Part shown: positions 13,115 to 23,348 of the stretch, piece after piece
Layout: the number at the start of each line of letters is the position of its first letter
Numbering within the stretch: the stretch's first letter is position 1
From: a phage
DNA: 64,000 nucleotides
Direction: 5' to 3' (one strand)
NCBI GenBank assembly: GCA_011915565.1
Contig: GCA_011915565.1_3920.1
Translations under genes and position numbers: made by a program
The notes under the pieces: generated by a model
What the model was told of the DNA's origin: nothing
What the model saw: only the letters and a program-made list of their open reading frames with translations
Databases searched by the model: none

Positions 13115-13510
13115 TGGCAGATTTTTATAAGGCTACTGCCATCCTTCCATACATTACCTAACCAAGCCGAACATCACACAACCAGACCGAGCCGTACCCC
13201 GCCTTATTAAAAGACCCTCTTTAAAGACCTTTTAAAAAGGTGAGTCTCATTTTAATGTAGCTGAGACTAACTACCCTCACCTTACCTCACCTGACCTGAC
13301 CTGACCCTACCTAACATTACCGTGCCACACCTCACTTAAAAACCCTCTTAAAAGACTCTTAAGTGATGTAATCGAATTTTTATGTAGCTCCGATTAACTA
13401 CCCATACCTTACAACACCAAACACCACCTTACCATACCTAACCAAGCTAAGCCTTGTTAAAAGACCCTGTTTAAAGACCTTTTAAAAAGGAGCCTCCGAA
13501 GAGGCTACCT
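13115..13510 (-). repeat. composite repeat block: conserved hairpin units separated by G-depleted pentameric tracts
   Basis: Units sharing ttaaaagaccct(c/g)tttaaagaccttttaaaaagg at 13205, 13335 and 13455; tracts like ctcaccttacctcacctgacctgacctgaccctacc almost lack G on the + strand. Confidence 0.7.
13484..13508 (-). terminator. intrinsic terminator after the 13518-13958 gene
   Basis: On minus strand: agcctc-ttcg-gaggct hairpin followed by cttttt. Confidence 0.6.
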
Positions 13511-13517
13511 AGTCAAC

Positions 13518-13958
13518 TTAGAAAGGTTTTCTGCGTTGCTTGTTAATATTAGCTTTCATAGCAGCTAAGTGATTTTGCTGTTCAATCAGTCGTGAACGTT
13601 CTTGATGACTAAGTGCCATAGTGTTCACATTCTCAATCGCTTGAGTGGCTTGCTTTAAAGCACGACCAATCTTACCAGACATTTTGCGTTTTGCAATAGT
13701 TGCTTGATGCTTAGGTTCAACCACACGATAACCAACACCCATTGAAGCAACCAGATAAATCTTCTCTTCTTTAAGAAGTTTTTCAATAAACTTTTCAAGT
13801 CGGTTTAGACGTGTAAGCGCATAAGCCTTCATTTCATCTTCGTACTTAACAATGTCACCTTGATAAGTTGGCTTCACAATACCTAAGAAGGTGTCCATCT
13901 CAGAATGAGATACAGTGTCACCGTAACTAAACTTTGCTGCTAATGCTTTTGTATTCAT
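13518..13958 (-). CDS. hypothetical protein (repeat-flanked cassette, gene 2)
   Basis: 146 aa ORF, basic C-terminus; no motif recognised. Confidence 0.5.
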   Translation of the reverse strand: MNTKALAAKFSYGDTVSHSEMDTFLGIVKPTYQGDIVKYEDEMKAYALTRLNRLEKFIEKLLKEEKIYLVASMGVGYRVVEPKHQATIAKRKMSGKIGRALKQATQAIENVNTMALSHQERSRLIEQQNHLAAMKANINKQRRKPF

Positions 13959-13960
13959 AA

Positions 13961-14566
<606 letters not shown>

Positions 14567-14624
14567 TTAGTTGATTGTTAAGTTGTTTGTAAAGAACCCT
14601 CAACAGAAGACTCTTTAGAAACTT

Positions 14625-14880
14625 GGTAGATTTTTAATGTGGCTACTACCATCCACCCTTACCAGACCAGACCAAGCCAAGCCCAACACTACCGAACCGG
14701 ACACGACCAGACCTTATTAAAAGACCCTGTTTAAAGACCTTTTAAAAAGGTAAGTCTCATTTTAATGTAGCTGAGACTAACTACCCACACCAAACCATAG
14801 CATACATCGCATTACCGGACAGAACCATACTTTACCAGACATCACTTAAAAACCCTCTTAAAAGACTCTTAAGTGATGCT
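14625..14880 (-). repeat. second copy of the composite repeat block (diverged)
   Basis: About 75% identical to 13115-13275, including ggtag...ctacc hairpin where the first copy has ggcag...ctgcc; ccttattaaaagaccctgtttaaagacc and acttaaaaaccctcttaaaagactcttaagtgatg recur. Confidence 0.7.
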
Positions 14881-14908
14881 GGTGAGTACCTGTTGGTTTA
14901 TGCTGCTC

Positions 14909-14936
14909 AGTATACTCACCAAATTTTCTATGTCAA
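14909..14936 (-). promoter_or_regulatory. candidate sigma70-type promoter reading into the repeat block and cassette
   Basis: Minus strand TTGACA-N16-TATACT. Confidence 0.4.
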
Positions 14937-15093
14937 CAACTTTTTATAAAAAAGTTCTGATAGCTATATGTGTCACGAAACAAAAGATTGTAAACAAGAC
15001 ACCCATTGCAAAAGATGTGTCCAAAAGCTTACTTGCAACGTATGACAATACAAAGACAACCAGTATAAACAGAATGACTGTACTGAACATAGT

Positions 15094-16197
15094 TTATTCA
15101 TAATCCCTAATAACTAGCCCTACAGGGAACTGTAAAGACCCCTTACGAGTCATCTTCTGGAACTGAACCGTTAAAGGTTTCCCGATAAACTCTTCAGGAT
15201 GTTCAGCAAGATACTGTTTCTTCTCGTGTGTAGTTTTCCATGAGACATCTACAAAGACGTTAGGAAGAGTCTCTACAACGAACTTGCCATGACCACGTTT
15301 ATCGGTCTTTACACCAGTCACTTTAAATTCTTCAGTGTACATCTTCTTGTGCTTAATCAAGAAGTATGAACGGTGACCACACTCGTAGAAAGATTCTTCA
15401 GAGATTGAACGGTACATTGCACCTTCAAACTTAGCTTCAACCCACTTATCATGGGCTTCATCAAACTCTTCCCAAGAATTTACACGACGAGACTTAACAG
15501 GAACAACTTTACAGCCGTCTCTGAAGTCATTCAATGGTGAAGTCTCAATAATATCTCTACGCTCAGGCCACGTTTTAGTACTGTCACAGATATCATACCA
15601 GTAGAACTTAAGTAAGTGTCTGTCAGGATTGTCTTCATTTTTAATCATAGAGACAATATCTTCTAAGTCCCACCCATGAGCATAAATCTCACCATCAAAT
15701 TCATCAACATCTTTATGGAGCCTCAACATTGCCATAATGTCAGGTATTAGCTCAGTAGGAATTTTATAAATAGTGTTCTCACGAGAATATGCTGTAAATA
15801 CACTGCCAATACTCAAGTGTCTTGAAATTCTACAACGGACACCGTCAAGTTTTGGTTGAGCATCAGCAGGGAATTTCAAATACTTTGCATGACTTACCTT
15901 CGCAGCATCGTGAGCAAGCTGTACACCTACCTTCTCAGTATTCTGTGCAGACTCTTTTGTGTAAGCATACCCTTTACGGTCAACTTGCTTTTTATACTTA
16001 GCAGCAACTTCAAAGAGAGCTTGCTGTTCAGCATTACGCTCATTCTTTTTACCGATGTTTTTAGGTTCTGCTGTATACTCTTCAAACATCATCTTGCCAT
16101 TTTCTTTACCATAGGTTGTGATAACTTTGTCACCTACAGCAACACATGACCAGACGTTGAAGGAACCATCTTTATTTTGTTTGTACAGAATTGTCAT
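15094..16197 (-). CDS. ATP-dependent DNA ligase
   Basis: KLDGVRC adenylation motif (KxDG); start set at internal ATG (MTILYKQ) with GAGG RBS; track ORF extends to 16233. Confidence 0.8.
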   Translation of the reverse strand: MTILYKQNKDGSFNVWSCVAVGDKVITTYGKENGKMMFEEYTAEPKNIGKKNERNAEQQALFEVAAKYKKQVDRKGYAYTKESAQNTEKVGVQLAHDAAKVSHAKYLKFPADAQPKLDGVRCRISRHLSIGSVFTAYSRENTIYKIPTELIPDIMAMLRLHKDVDEFDGEIYAHGWDLEDIVSMIKNEDNPDRHLLKFYWYDICDSTKTWPERRDIIETSPLNDFRDGCKVVPVKSRRVNSWEEFDEAHDKWVEAKFEGAMYRSISEESFYECGHRSYFLIKHKKMYTEEFKVTGVKTDKRGHGKFVVETLPNVFVDVSWKTTHEKKQYLAEHPEEFIGKPLTVQFQKMTRKGSLQFPVGLVIRDYE

Positions 16198-16402
16198 TTT
16201 TAACCTCTGAGTGATACCAAGTGTTGCAAGCATTACATGCGTAAAGCTCTAAGTCGTTTTTATCTGGTTTATGGAAACAGTTTGACCCACAACGACACCG
16301 GAATAACTTACCATCAACACGAAGAATGAATGTTTCAAGCTCACCCTCTTCTGTAAGGACGGCGTTATTATATTTGTTATCTTTATCCATTTGCACCCTC
16401 AC
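16172..16402 (-). CDS. small zinc-ribbon protein
   Basis: CRCGSNC...CNACN cysteine pairs. Confidence 0.45.
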   Translation of the reverse strand: MRVQMDKDNKYNNAVLTEEGELETFILRVDGKLFRCRCGSNCFHKPDKNDLELYACNACNTWYHSEVKNDNSVQTK

Positions 16403-16546
16403 CTGTGTCAGATTTCATATAAGACCTGTCACTAAACCTTTTAATGAAATGTACAACGCATTTCGGTGTATCTTTTGCATCTTTGATGTGCAACCTTTCG
16501 AAACTACGCACTGTGAAGGTTGCACCTGTCATTGTTTGTTTAGATT

Positions 16547-16804
16547 TCATTTTCTCTTACCACCAATTTCTACGTCAATAACTTGAACATCGCCAGCAAC
16601 ATCAAACTTATGAATGATGCTTTCCACAGTGTAAGTCCAACCCTCAATGCGAACCAACTCACCTTCTCGTGGGACGATTGGATTACGTTGAGCTACGGTT
16701 GTAGTGGAGTGAACAACATCATAACAATAGATGTAGTTTACTAAGACTTCCATCGAGAAAACCTCACTCAATAACCGTAGTGTGTGATTGTCCATTTTTG
16801 TCAT
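16547..16804 (-). CDS. hypothetical protein
   Basis: 85 aa ORF in the operon. Confidence 0.4.
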   Translation of the reverse strand: MTKMDNHTLRLLSEVFSMEVLVNYIYCYDVVHSTTTVAQRNPIVPREGELVRIEGWTYTVESIIHKFDVAGDVQVIDVEIGGKRK

Positions 16805-17021
16805 AGTTGTAAGATGTTGTTGTTTGAGAATTTGGACATCTTACAACAACAATATCTCTGCTTATAGCATCACCATTGAGTTTGTAGATTTTGCAGTCTT
16901 GCATCTCTGGAGGGAGGCTGTAAGAAGCATCTTTGTTTTCATAAGATGGGTTGCAGCCAGCCAGAAAAATTACTCCAAGTGCAACCATTGCTTTCACACA
17001 ACTCTTAACCTTATTGTTCAC
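16764..17021 (-). CDS. putative lipoprotein
   Basis: N-terminus MNNKVKSCVKAMVALGVIFLAGC: signal peptide with lipobox (LAGC). Confidence 0.5.
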   Translation of the reverse strand: MNNKVKSCVKAMVALGVIFLAGCNPSYENKDASYSLPPEMQDCKIYKLNGDAISRDIVVVRCPNSQTTTSYNYDKNGQSHTTVIE

Positions 17022-17153
17022 GATAGTCTACCTCTCTGTATGTTTTTAAATAGTGAGTGATGAGTTCTGGTAATTCACTACGTTTAACGTTTGAACGAAG
17101 AAGTGTCCAATCAAAACCTTTACCAACCCTTCCCCAGAGACTGTACATTTTCT

Positions 17154-17387
17154 TCATATCAACTCCAGAATATCAATACGTTCACCCTTAAGAACACCTG
17201 TACGGTCTCTTGCAATCTTACCGTCAACGATAAGGATATGCGCGACCTTTAAAGCCTCACGATTAAAACCTTTTACGAACTTGCTAGGCATGACTACAAT
17301 GGACATCTCCTGAATTAACTCTGGAGTGTAGCAGTTATCATGAAGTTGCTGAATAACATCTGCAAGTGTCATTTTTGATGTCTCCAA
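17154..17387 (-). CDS. hypothetical protein
   Basis: 77 aa ORF, co-oriented. Confidence 0.4.
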   Translation of the reverse strand: METSKMTLADVIQQLHDNCYTPELIQEMSIVVMPSKFVKGFNREALKVAHILIVDGKIARDRTGVLKGERIDILELI

Positions 17388-17578
17388 TACTCAATGTCAA
17401 TAAGTTCTTGTGCAATGCTTTTCAGATTACCTTTCAAGAAAACCTTCTCAGAACCTGAAAGAGATGAATTGTCAATTAGCCTGTTCATTCTCTCAAACAA
17501 CTTCTGCTTACGGTTCTTGATAGTTTCCTTTGAAGCACCTTTCATCATCGCTGCATGGGTTCTTCCACGATGGCTCAT
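17369..17578 (-). CDS. hypothetical basic protein
   Basis: 69 aa ORF overlapping neighbour start. Confidence 0.4.
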   Translation of the reverse strand: MSHRGRTHAAMMKGASKETIKNRKQKLFERMNRLIDNSSLSGSEKVFLKGNLKSIAQELIDIEYWRHQK

Positions 17579-17629
17579 AAGCCCTCCTATATAAGATATA
17601 GTATAAGGTACTCTTCCATGAGCACCTTG

Positions 17630-18181
17630 TCAACTTAGTTTTGCAAACTCTCCGTGGAGTTTTACAGCAGCTTCACAGTAAGCTTTATGGGCTTCTTCAG
17701 GTGTGTCAAACATACCAAGATGATAGTTTTTACCTTGTAAACGTATCATTGCTCGAAACCTTTTACTTATCTTCTGTACACCTTTTGGCAACCCAGATGG
17801 GGACTCTCTTGACCGATTGCAAGAGTTTTGTGAAGCTGTACAAACCCTTAAATTCAAGTACCTATTGTCCCAACCGTCCCCATTCTTATGGTCAACCTGT
17901 AAGGTTTTATCAGGTAGATATCCATCCATATACAAGATAACTAAACGATTTGCTTGGTAACCCCTTCCATCAATCAGCAACTGAACTGACTTGTGTCCAT
18001 CAGTATTTGTTCTGTAGTTTCCAGCCCTCTTACCTCCAAATCTAGAGTTAAAGTTTGCATTACCTTCTCTAAACTTCCAAGTAAAGACCCCTGTTTCGGG
18101 GTCGTAGTCCAATAGCTCCTTAAGACGAATTTCTGTAATCATTTCAACACCATCAATGTACTTCCAACCAGCTCTTACCAA
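17630..18181 (-). mobile_element. HNH homing endonuclease with AP2-type DNA-binding domain
   Basis: VDHKNGDGWDNRYLNLRVCTASQN (HNH) plus GVQKISKRFRAMIRLQGKNYHLGMFDTPEEAHKAY (AP2-like); directly downstream of the polymerase gene; alternative start at 18142. Confidence 0.75.
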
Positions 18182-20852
18182 CCTTGCCTGTGCCAGTTAC
18201 AAGCGTCTCACTCTTCAAACCTAAATTCTTAGATGCCTGACCATACATCCAGTCAGTTATGGCTTTAACTTCTTGAGTCATACTTTCTGGGCATTCCCAA
18301 CTGTTTTCATCGTGGTATGCCAGCAAAAGCCTAGCACCAATTGCTGGTTTTCGTCCATTTAATTTTGTCAACCCTTCTTCACATGCTCTTCTACAAGCAA
18401 GGTTAATTGCCTCATTTTGAATCTGAGCCTCCGAACCCATGAGCAAATAATTCAATAACTTATGTGGAGATTTACACCACAACCAAGCTCCAGCAACCTT
18501 TACAAAACCCCCTTTAGAGATTGCAGCAGTCTTACCAAACACCTCTTCAAGTGCCTTCTTAGTTGCTTTGTAGTCAGCTTCCAAGTCATCAAGCAGCTTC
18601 TTAATTTTAGGCAAACGAATAAAGTAAGTCTGTTTAGTTAATGCACCTTCCTGAGTAGTGGCTGCCTTAATAGTTTTAGCAAACTTTTCATCACCTGCAC
18701 CGAACAGTAGTGCATAGATACCATTCTTAGCTTTCTTACGACCTTTGCTAATCTCATGAAGAAGATTCTCATCCTGAGTAGCTCGACAAGTCAAGATATC
18801 CTGCTCATCATTCAAGCTAAAGTAAATACTGTTCAGTGTATGTGCATCAGTCCCTGAATAGACAACGTACAGGTCATTCTCAGAGTCATAACGTAGGTAC
18901 TTATCAATCTCTGGGTTGAGGTACTCATCAAAGTGTTTGCAGTAATAGCGTCCATCTTCTTGACGAATAAACTCAATCTCTTCTTTACCTTGCGTCACCG
19001 CTTTGGTGAAGTCTTTGTCACCCATAAAGTTACAAAGAAGAACTAGCTGGGCTGAGTTCATGTCTACAGAGACAACGTTAGTACCTTCTTCACAAATCCA
19101 CACTGCCCTCATTGGTTCCCCATAGACAGCAGCACCAGACGGTACGTTTACAATACCATATTGTGTCATACGTCCAGTTGAAGTACCAAACACCATTGCA
19201 CCAGCACTAAGGCGACCATCAGGACGAATCTGGTTCAACCAACCTTTTTCATCATCCTTTGAGTTCTCAATAGTTCTGCGTCTGTGCATCAAAGTATAGT
19301 ACTTCGCAATCTTCTGTCCAAGCTCACCTTCAATCGTATCATAAGATGATTCAGTAAGTTTTGGTGAAGTACGGATTAAGCAAGGCTCAAGCAAATCTGT
19401 GTATTTCTTCACAGACCAGTTATGCTCGATGTACTGTACACCTTCATGTTCAGCATAACTCAAACCACACCGCTCAACCATTTCCTGCCACTTAGGATGC
19501 TTTGTAATCATCTTTTTATTGTCTTTGAAACGACAAACTTTGACAGGGCGACCATCTGAGTCTTTCTTGTAATTCCAGTCATCTGGAATCCAACCAACTG
19601 ATTTCAAGTAGTCTTTAACAACTGCTACCTGAGTCATACGAGAAACTTCAAACTCAATTGGTGTATATGGTGCATCAATCAATCCTGTGTAGCGACTTGA
19701 CTCCAGTTCAAAGTGGTTAACAACATGGCTGTTATAGTACTTCACAGTTTTAACAGTTTTTACTGGCTTCCAGTCTTTGCATTTCTTACCAATCTTTGCA
19801 TTCAACTCGTTGCAAATTGCACGAGCATCCTTCATTGCTACAAAGCCTTCCTTGTACTCTTCACCAGTTACAGAGTTGGTTGGTGTATAGCAATTTCTCT
19901 TTTCAATGTTAAAAATCTTTGTAGTTGGCTTACCAAATGGCTTGATTTCGTATGTCTGCATCTCACCGTTACGTACCTGCTGACGATACTTTGTTTTAGG
20001 GTACTTGGTAATTCTCTTCAGTCCATCTGCATGACCGAATGTTTCAACATACTCATTCCAAGCTTTTGCAAACTCTTCTCCAGTGACTTTACCTTTGGTC
20101 TTAATAGTTGGAGGTAGATGTGGTTCAACCTCTGAAGCAAGTTCATTAGTCAATTTGTCAAGCTCCTTTACATGGAACTCCATAAGCTCCTTATCAGCTT
20201 TCCAACCATTGATAGCTTGTTGGCTCATCCAGAAAGATGTCTCTTTAGCTCGCATGTAAGTTTCATAAGTGTCTATACCACACTTCTTAAGCTTGAGATA
20301 CTCGTTATCAAGTGCCCGTTTAGTTTTGGCGTTAATACGGATATCTTCTACAACACGAGTGAAGATTTCTGCATTCCACACACCCCAATGTTCAATCTCT
20401 GGTTTACGAACACCAACACGAGCACCCCATGCAGCCAAGCCATGAGCACCTTTATAGCCTTTTGGAGTTGGCCTATCCATCCACTGAACACGAGACTGAA
20501 TAAGAGAATCCTGAAAGAAATTACTCCACGGCTTACATTTTGGATTATCAAAGTTCCATAAATCCGGTGCAATGTGATTGAAAACCCACCAGTCATAACC
20601 GAGGCCATTATGGATACAAAGTCGTTTTGCCTTTAACGCAAACTCAACACCTTCACGTAAACCACCCTTAATGTACTTAGTGTACTTGTGACCGAGGATA
20701 GGCTCATCTGTAAAGACCCATACAGGTGGCTCTTCATCGTCAGATTTATAGTCTGCAAAAGCCATTACGTGAACTTTAGTGAACTCAAGGAGTAAACCAT
20801 CAGTTTCTGTATCACCAACTAAATGTAAGTTTTTAAAATCTACGTTTTCCAT
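18153..20852 (-). CDS. DNA polymerase, family A, with 3'-5' exonuclease
   Basis: Exo motif HLVGDTETDG near N-terminus; polymerase motifs including ...LLLAYHDENSWECPE; start at MENVDF with GAGGGAG RBS (track ORF to 20882). Confidence 0.9.
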   Translation of the reverse strand: MENVDFKNLHLVGDTETDGLLLEFTKVHVMAFADYKSDDEEPPVWVFTDEPILGHKYTKYIKGGLREGVEFALKAKRLCIHNGLGYDWWVFNHIAPDLWNFDNPKCKPWSNFFQDSLIQSRVQWMDRPTPKGYKGAHGLAAWGARVGVRKPEIEHWGVWNAEIFTRVVEDIRINAKTKRALDNEYLKLKKCGIDTYETYMRAKETSFWMSQQAINGWKADKELMEFHVKELDKLTNELASEVEPHLPPTIKTKGKVTGEEFAKAWNEYVETFGHADGLKRITKYPKTKYRQQVRNGEMQTYEIKPFGKPTTKIFNIEKRNCYTPTNSVTGEEYKEGFVAMKDARAICNELNAKIGKKCKDWKPVKTVKTVKYYNSHVVNHFELESSRYTGLIDAPYTPIEFEVSRMTQVAVVKDYLKSVGWIPDDWNYKKDSDGRPVKVCRFKDNKKMITKHPKWQEMVERCGLSYAEHEGVQYIEHNWSVKKYTDLLEPCLIRTSPKLTESSYDTIEGELGQKIAKYYTLMHRRRTIENSKDDEKGWLNQIRPDGRLSAGAMVFGTSTGRMTQYGIVNVPSGAAVYGEPMRAVWICEEGTNVVSVDMNSAQLVLLCNFMGDKDFTKAVTQGKEEIEFIRQEDGRYYCKHFDEYLNPEIDKYLRYDSENDLYVVYSGTDAHTLNSIYFSLNDEQDILTCRATQDENLLHEISKGRKKAKNGIYALLFGAGDEKFAKTIKAATTQEGALTKQTYFIRLPKIKKLLDDLEADYKATKKALEEVFGKTAAISKGGFVKVAGAWLWCKSPHKLLNYLLMGSEAQIQNEAINLACRRACEEGLTKLNGRKPAIGARLLLAYHDENSWECPESMTQEVKAITDWMYGQASKNLGLKSETLVTGTGKVGKSWLEVH

Positions 20853-20912
20853 TTTTACTCCCTCTAAAATCATTAACCTCATACATTACTGCAAAAAATT
20901 ATAAAAAGCAAG

Positions 20913-20941
20913 TTGACAATGTACTTGACAAGGTGTTAATC
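20913..20941 (+). promoter_or_regulatory. candidate early promoter in divergent intergenic region
   Basis: TTGACA-N17-TTAATC inside an AT-rich 230 bp gap between divergent operons. Confidence 0.35.
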
Positions 20942-21109
20942 TTTGCGAAGTGGGTTTTTACTTAAAAGGTTACTTAACAGTTTAACTATACAGATACTTT
21001 AAAACTCTTAAAAGATTATTTAATAGCTTTTAAAAAGCTTTAAAGTATAACGTATAGAATACGTTAAGATAAAAGATTAAAACTTAATAGTTACTTAAAA
21101 GAGGCTTAC

Positions 21110-21532
21110 ATGCAGAAAATGTTTGTTCACCCAGACATAGCTGACTTCGTTAGAGCTTTGCAGAAGTTGGAAGAACTTGACATTGCTGCTCAACGGGAAT
21201 ATGCTCACCATCACAGGAGAATGGTTGATATACAACATGAAATAGAGTTGTCTGAAAACTATGAAGATGACTTAAAATGCTCTGTGTTCGAGCATATGAA
21301 AGACGTTGCTATAGCTAGACGTAAAGCTAAAGACACAGTTGCTTTACTAGATTCTCTTAAAAAGAGGTTGCAAAGTGGTACAGACCTGTGTAATCTAGCA
21401 TCACTGATTAACGATGTTGAAACTTCTTGGGATAGGCACTATTATCCACGTTCTGAAAAGACACTTGACTTTTCTTCATCTGAAAACTTAAAATGTTCTA
21501 GAAAGAAACTTAACCAACTGAGAGAGAAATAA
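21110..21532 (+). CDS. hypothetical protein
   Basis: 140 aa, first gene of the rightward operon. Confidence 0.5.
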   Translation: MQKMFVHPDIADFVRALQKLEELDIAAQREYAHHHRRMVDIQHEIELSENYEDDLKCSVFEHMKDVAIARRKAKDTVALLDSLKKRLQSGTDLCNLASLINDVETSWDRHYYPRSEKTLDFSSSENLKCSRKKLNQLREK

Positions 21533-21533
21533 T

Positions 21534-22334
21534 ATGAATACTACTGTAGACCAGATGCTTGAAGAAAAAGGTATTGATGAAGCATTTTTAATCAATGCTG
21601 TAGAAAGCATGGCTATGATTCTTCGTGGAAATAACTATACAGAACAGTTTATGCCAAAAAGCTATAACTTGCCTGAAGATAAAACTGATAACGGTGCTTT
21701 TGCAGAGCAGGTTAATATGATGTTGTCAGATACTACACTTGCCCTTGCATCTATTGCAGTCGGTGTTGATGCGCTTGCAGAGTTCATTTTTTATGAAATG
21801 CAAAAGAATGACTATATCAGGATGTCAGATGAAGAAAAGGAACTATTGCTGACTAAGGATACTGATTTCCTTATTGACACACTAATCTCATCAACAAGTG
21901 CTGTTATGGCAGTTCTTGAGAAGCGCATGGAAGAGAAACTTTCACGATATGAAAAACTTGATTGGGGCGTAGAAGAGTTAAGCCCACGAATCAAAGAAAT
22001 TATCCAGCAAACTAAAGAGTCTTTGGAAGAAGCTGTTGAAAATGACTCTGTAGCTGATATAGAACCTCTTCAGGTGAAAGTTGCACTGATGATTCCAGCT
22101 ATCTCTACGATGATGAATATCGTTGCACTAATCCAACTTTCACAGATGATGGGTGTAAGTATTGAGTTCATTGAAGAGATGACTGGTGGCGTTAGTATGC
22201 AAGCAATCAATGATGTTTTGGTGAACATCGGTGCTTCAATCATTGAAGAGAAACTACGCATTAACTTCGGTGATGATTTTGTGAAGCAAATCTCAGCTAT
22301 GGCTGAAAAAGAGTCTGCTGAGCAACTGCACTAA
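21534..22334 (+). CDS. hypothetical protein
   Basis: 266 aa acidic ORF, 2 nt after previous stop. Confidence 0.5.
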   Translation: MNTTVDQMLEEKGIDEAFLINAVESMAMILRGNNYTEQFMPKSYNLPEDKTDNGAFAEQVNMMLSDTTLALASIAVGVDALAEFIFYEMQKNDYIRMSDEEKELLLTKDTDFLIDTLISSTSAVMAVLEKRMEEKLSRYEKLDWGVEELSPRIKEIIQQTKESLEEAVENDSVADIEPLQVKVALMIPAISTMMNIVALIQLSQMMGVSIEFIEEMTGGVSMQAINDVLVNIGASIIEEKLRINFGDDFVKQISAMAEKESAEQLH

Positions 22335-22351
22335 GTCTTTATAAATCTTAC

Positions 22352-22378
22352 AAGCCTCCTTAGTTGGGGGCTTTTTAG
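22352..22378 (+). terminator. intrinsic terminator
   Basis: aagcctcc...ggggcttttt hairpin plus T-tract. Confidence 0.5.
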
Positions 22379-22395
22379 TAATTAATGGAGATAAA

Positions 22396-23139
22396 ATGAG
22401 TAATATTATCGCCTTTACTGGAAAGGCACGTTCTGGAAAAGACACCTCATGTTCTATTGTGAAGAACATTTTAGAGGATGAGTATGGCTACAATGTTGAA
22501 GTAATGGCCTTTGCAGACAACCTTAAACTATCTGCATCAAAGATATTTGACTTGACTTGGAATGACCTGTACGGTGAAACTAAAGAGACTCCACAGGTTT
22601 TTGACTTATCATATCCTGAACTGATGTTTAAAGTTACGGAAGCTATGGAGTTCACCTTCAGAGATGAACGTTACCATATGGACTTCAAGCTTATGTCAGA
22701 GTTAACCGGACGATTAATCATGGAGCTTAAGAAGGTTGCTAAACCTACCCTATTAACACGTCTGGGATTTAGTAAAAAGTATAAATTCTCATCAAGACAA
22801 ATTCAACAGATTTGGGGTACTGAAGTTGTCCGTAAAGTAATGGGCGACAAGTTCTGGTCTAAAGACCTTGAAAAAAGAATGGTTAGATTCCATGAAATGT
22901 GCTCACTTAGAAATCAATATGGTTTTGTCTTAATCAGTGATTTAAGATTTGACTCTGAAGCTGAATGGCTGAGTAGATTTGCACACCAAACTATTGAAGT
23001 AAAAAGAGACAATGTGGACAAAGTTTCATCACATGTTTCAGAAAATGGGATTTCTACAAAATATGAGCGTGACATTATTCATAATAATGGTACTCTTGCA
23101 GACCTTGAGAACAAGCTAAGAGCCATCATTAAAGTTTAA
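22396..23139 (+). CDS. P-loop kinase, probable deoxynucleoside monophosphate kinase
   Basis: N-terminal Walker A IIAFTGKARSGKDT; size and context fit phage dNMP kinases. Confidence 0.55.
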   Translation: MSNIIAFTGKARSGKDTSCSIVKNILEDEYGYNVEVMAFADNLKLSASKIFDLTWNDLYGETKETPQVFDLSYPELMFKVTEAMEFTFRDERYHMDFKLMSELTGRLIMELKKVAKPTLLTRLGFSKKYKFSSRQIQQIWGTEVVRKVMGDKFWSKDLEKRMVRFHEMCSLRNQYGFVLISDLRFDSEAEWLSRFAHQTIEVKRDNVDKVSSHVSENGISTKYERDIIHNNGTLADLENKLRAIIKV

Positions 23140-23147
23140 AAGAGAGA

Positions 23148-23348
23148 ATGAAGATGAGAGTAAAAGACAATTTTAAAGTTATTGACCACCGTTTAGTGGA
23201 ACTCTCATCTCTTTCCAATGAGGTAATGATTGAACGTCTTAAGAGAGTTGAATCACGAAGGAAAGAGATTGCAGATGAAATTCATGAACTGGACAAGATT
23301 GAAAATGGATTGAAGGCAGAACTACAACGAAGAGGTGCTAATGTCTAA
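23148..23348 (+). CDS. small coiled-coil protein
   Basis: 66 aa; overlaps primase start. Confidence 0.4.
   Translation: MKMRVKDNFKVIDHRLVELSSLSNEVMIERLKRVESRRKEIADEIHELDKIENGLKAELQRRGANV

Noticed and set aside
14873-15103. ORF on + strand (76 aa) between the repeat block and DNA ligase
   Set aside because: Lies antisense to the operon in a promoter-containing gap, lacks a convincing RBS, and has low-complexity hydrophobic composition; likely spurious.
19713-20561. Antisense ORFs inside the DNA polymerase gene (19713-20117, 20172-20561, 20348-20608)
   Set aside because: Shadow ORFs within a long, motif-supported CDS on the opposite strand; the same applies to other embedded track ORFs such as 1069-1263, 4271-4552, 6023-6235, 7654-8448, 41337-41864 and 45495-46169.
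20883-21109. Strong minus-strand sigma70 promoter for the DNA polymerase gene
   Set aside because: A TATAAT hexamer is present on the minus strand, but no TTGACA-like box at 16-18 bp spacing could be placed; the polymerase is more likely transcribed from an upstream or non-sigma70 promoter.
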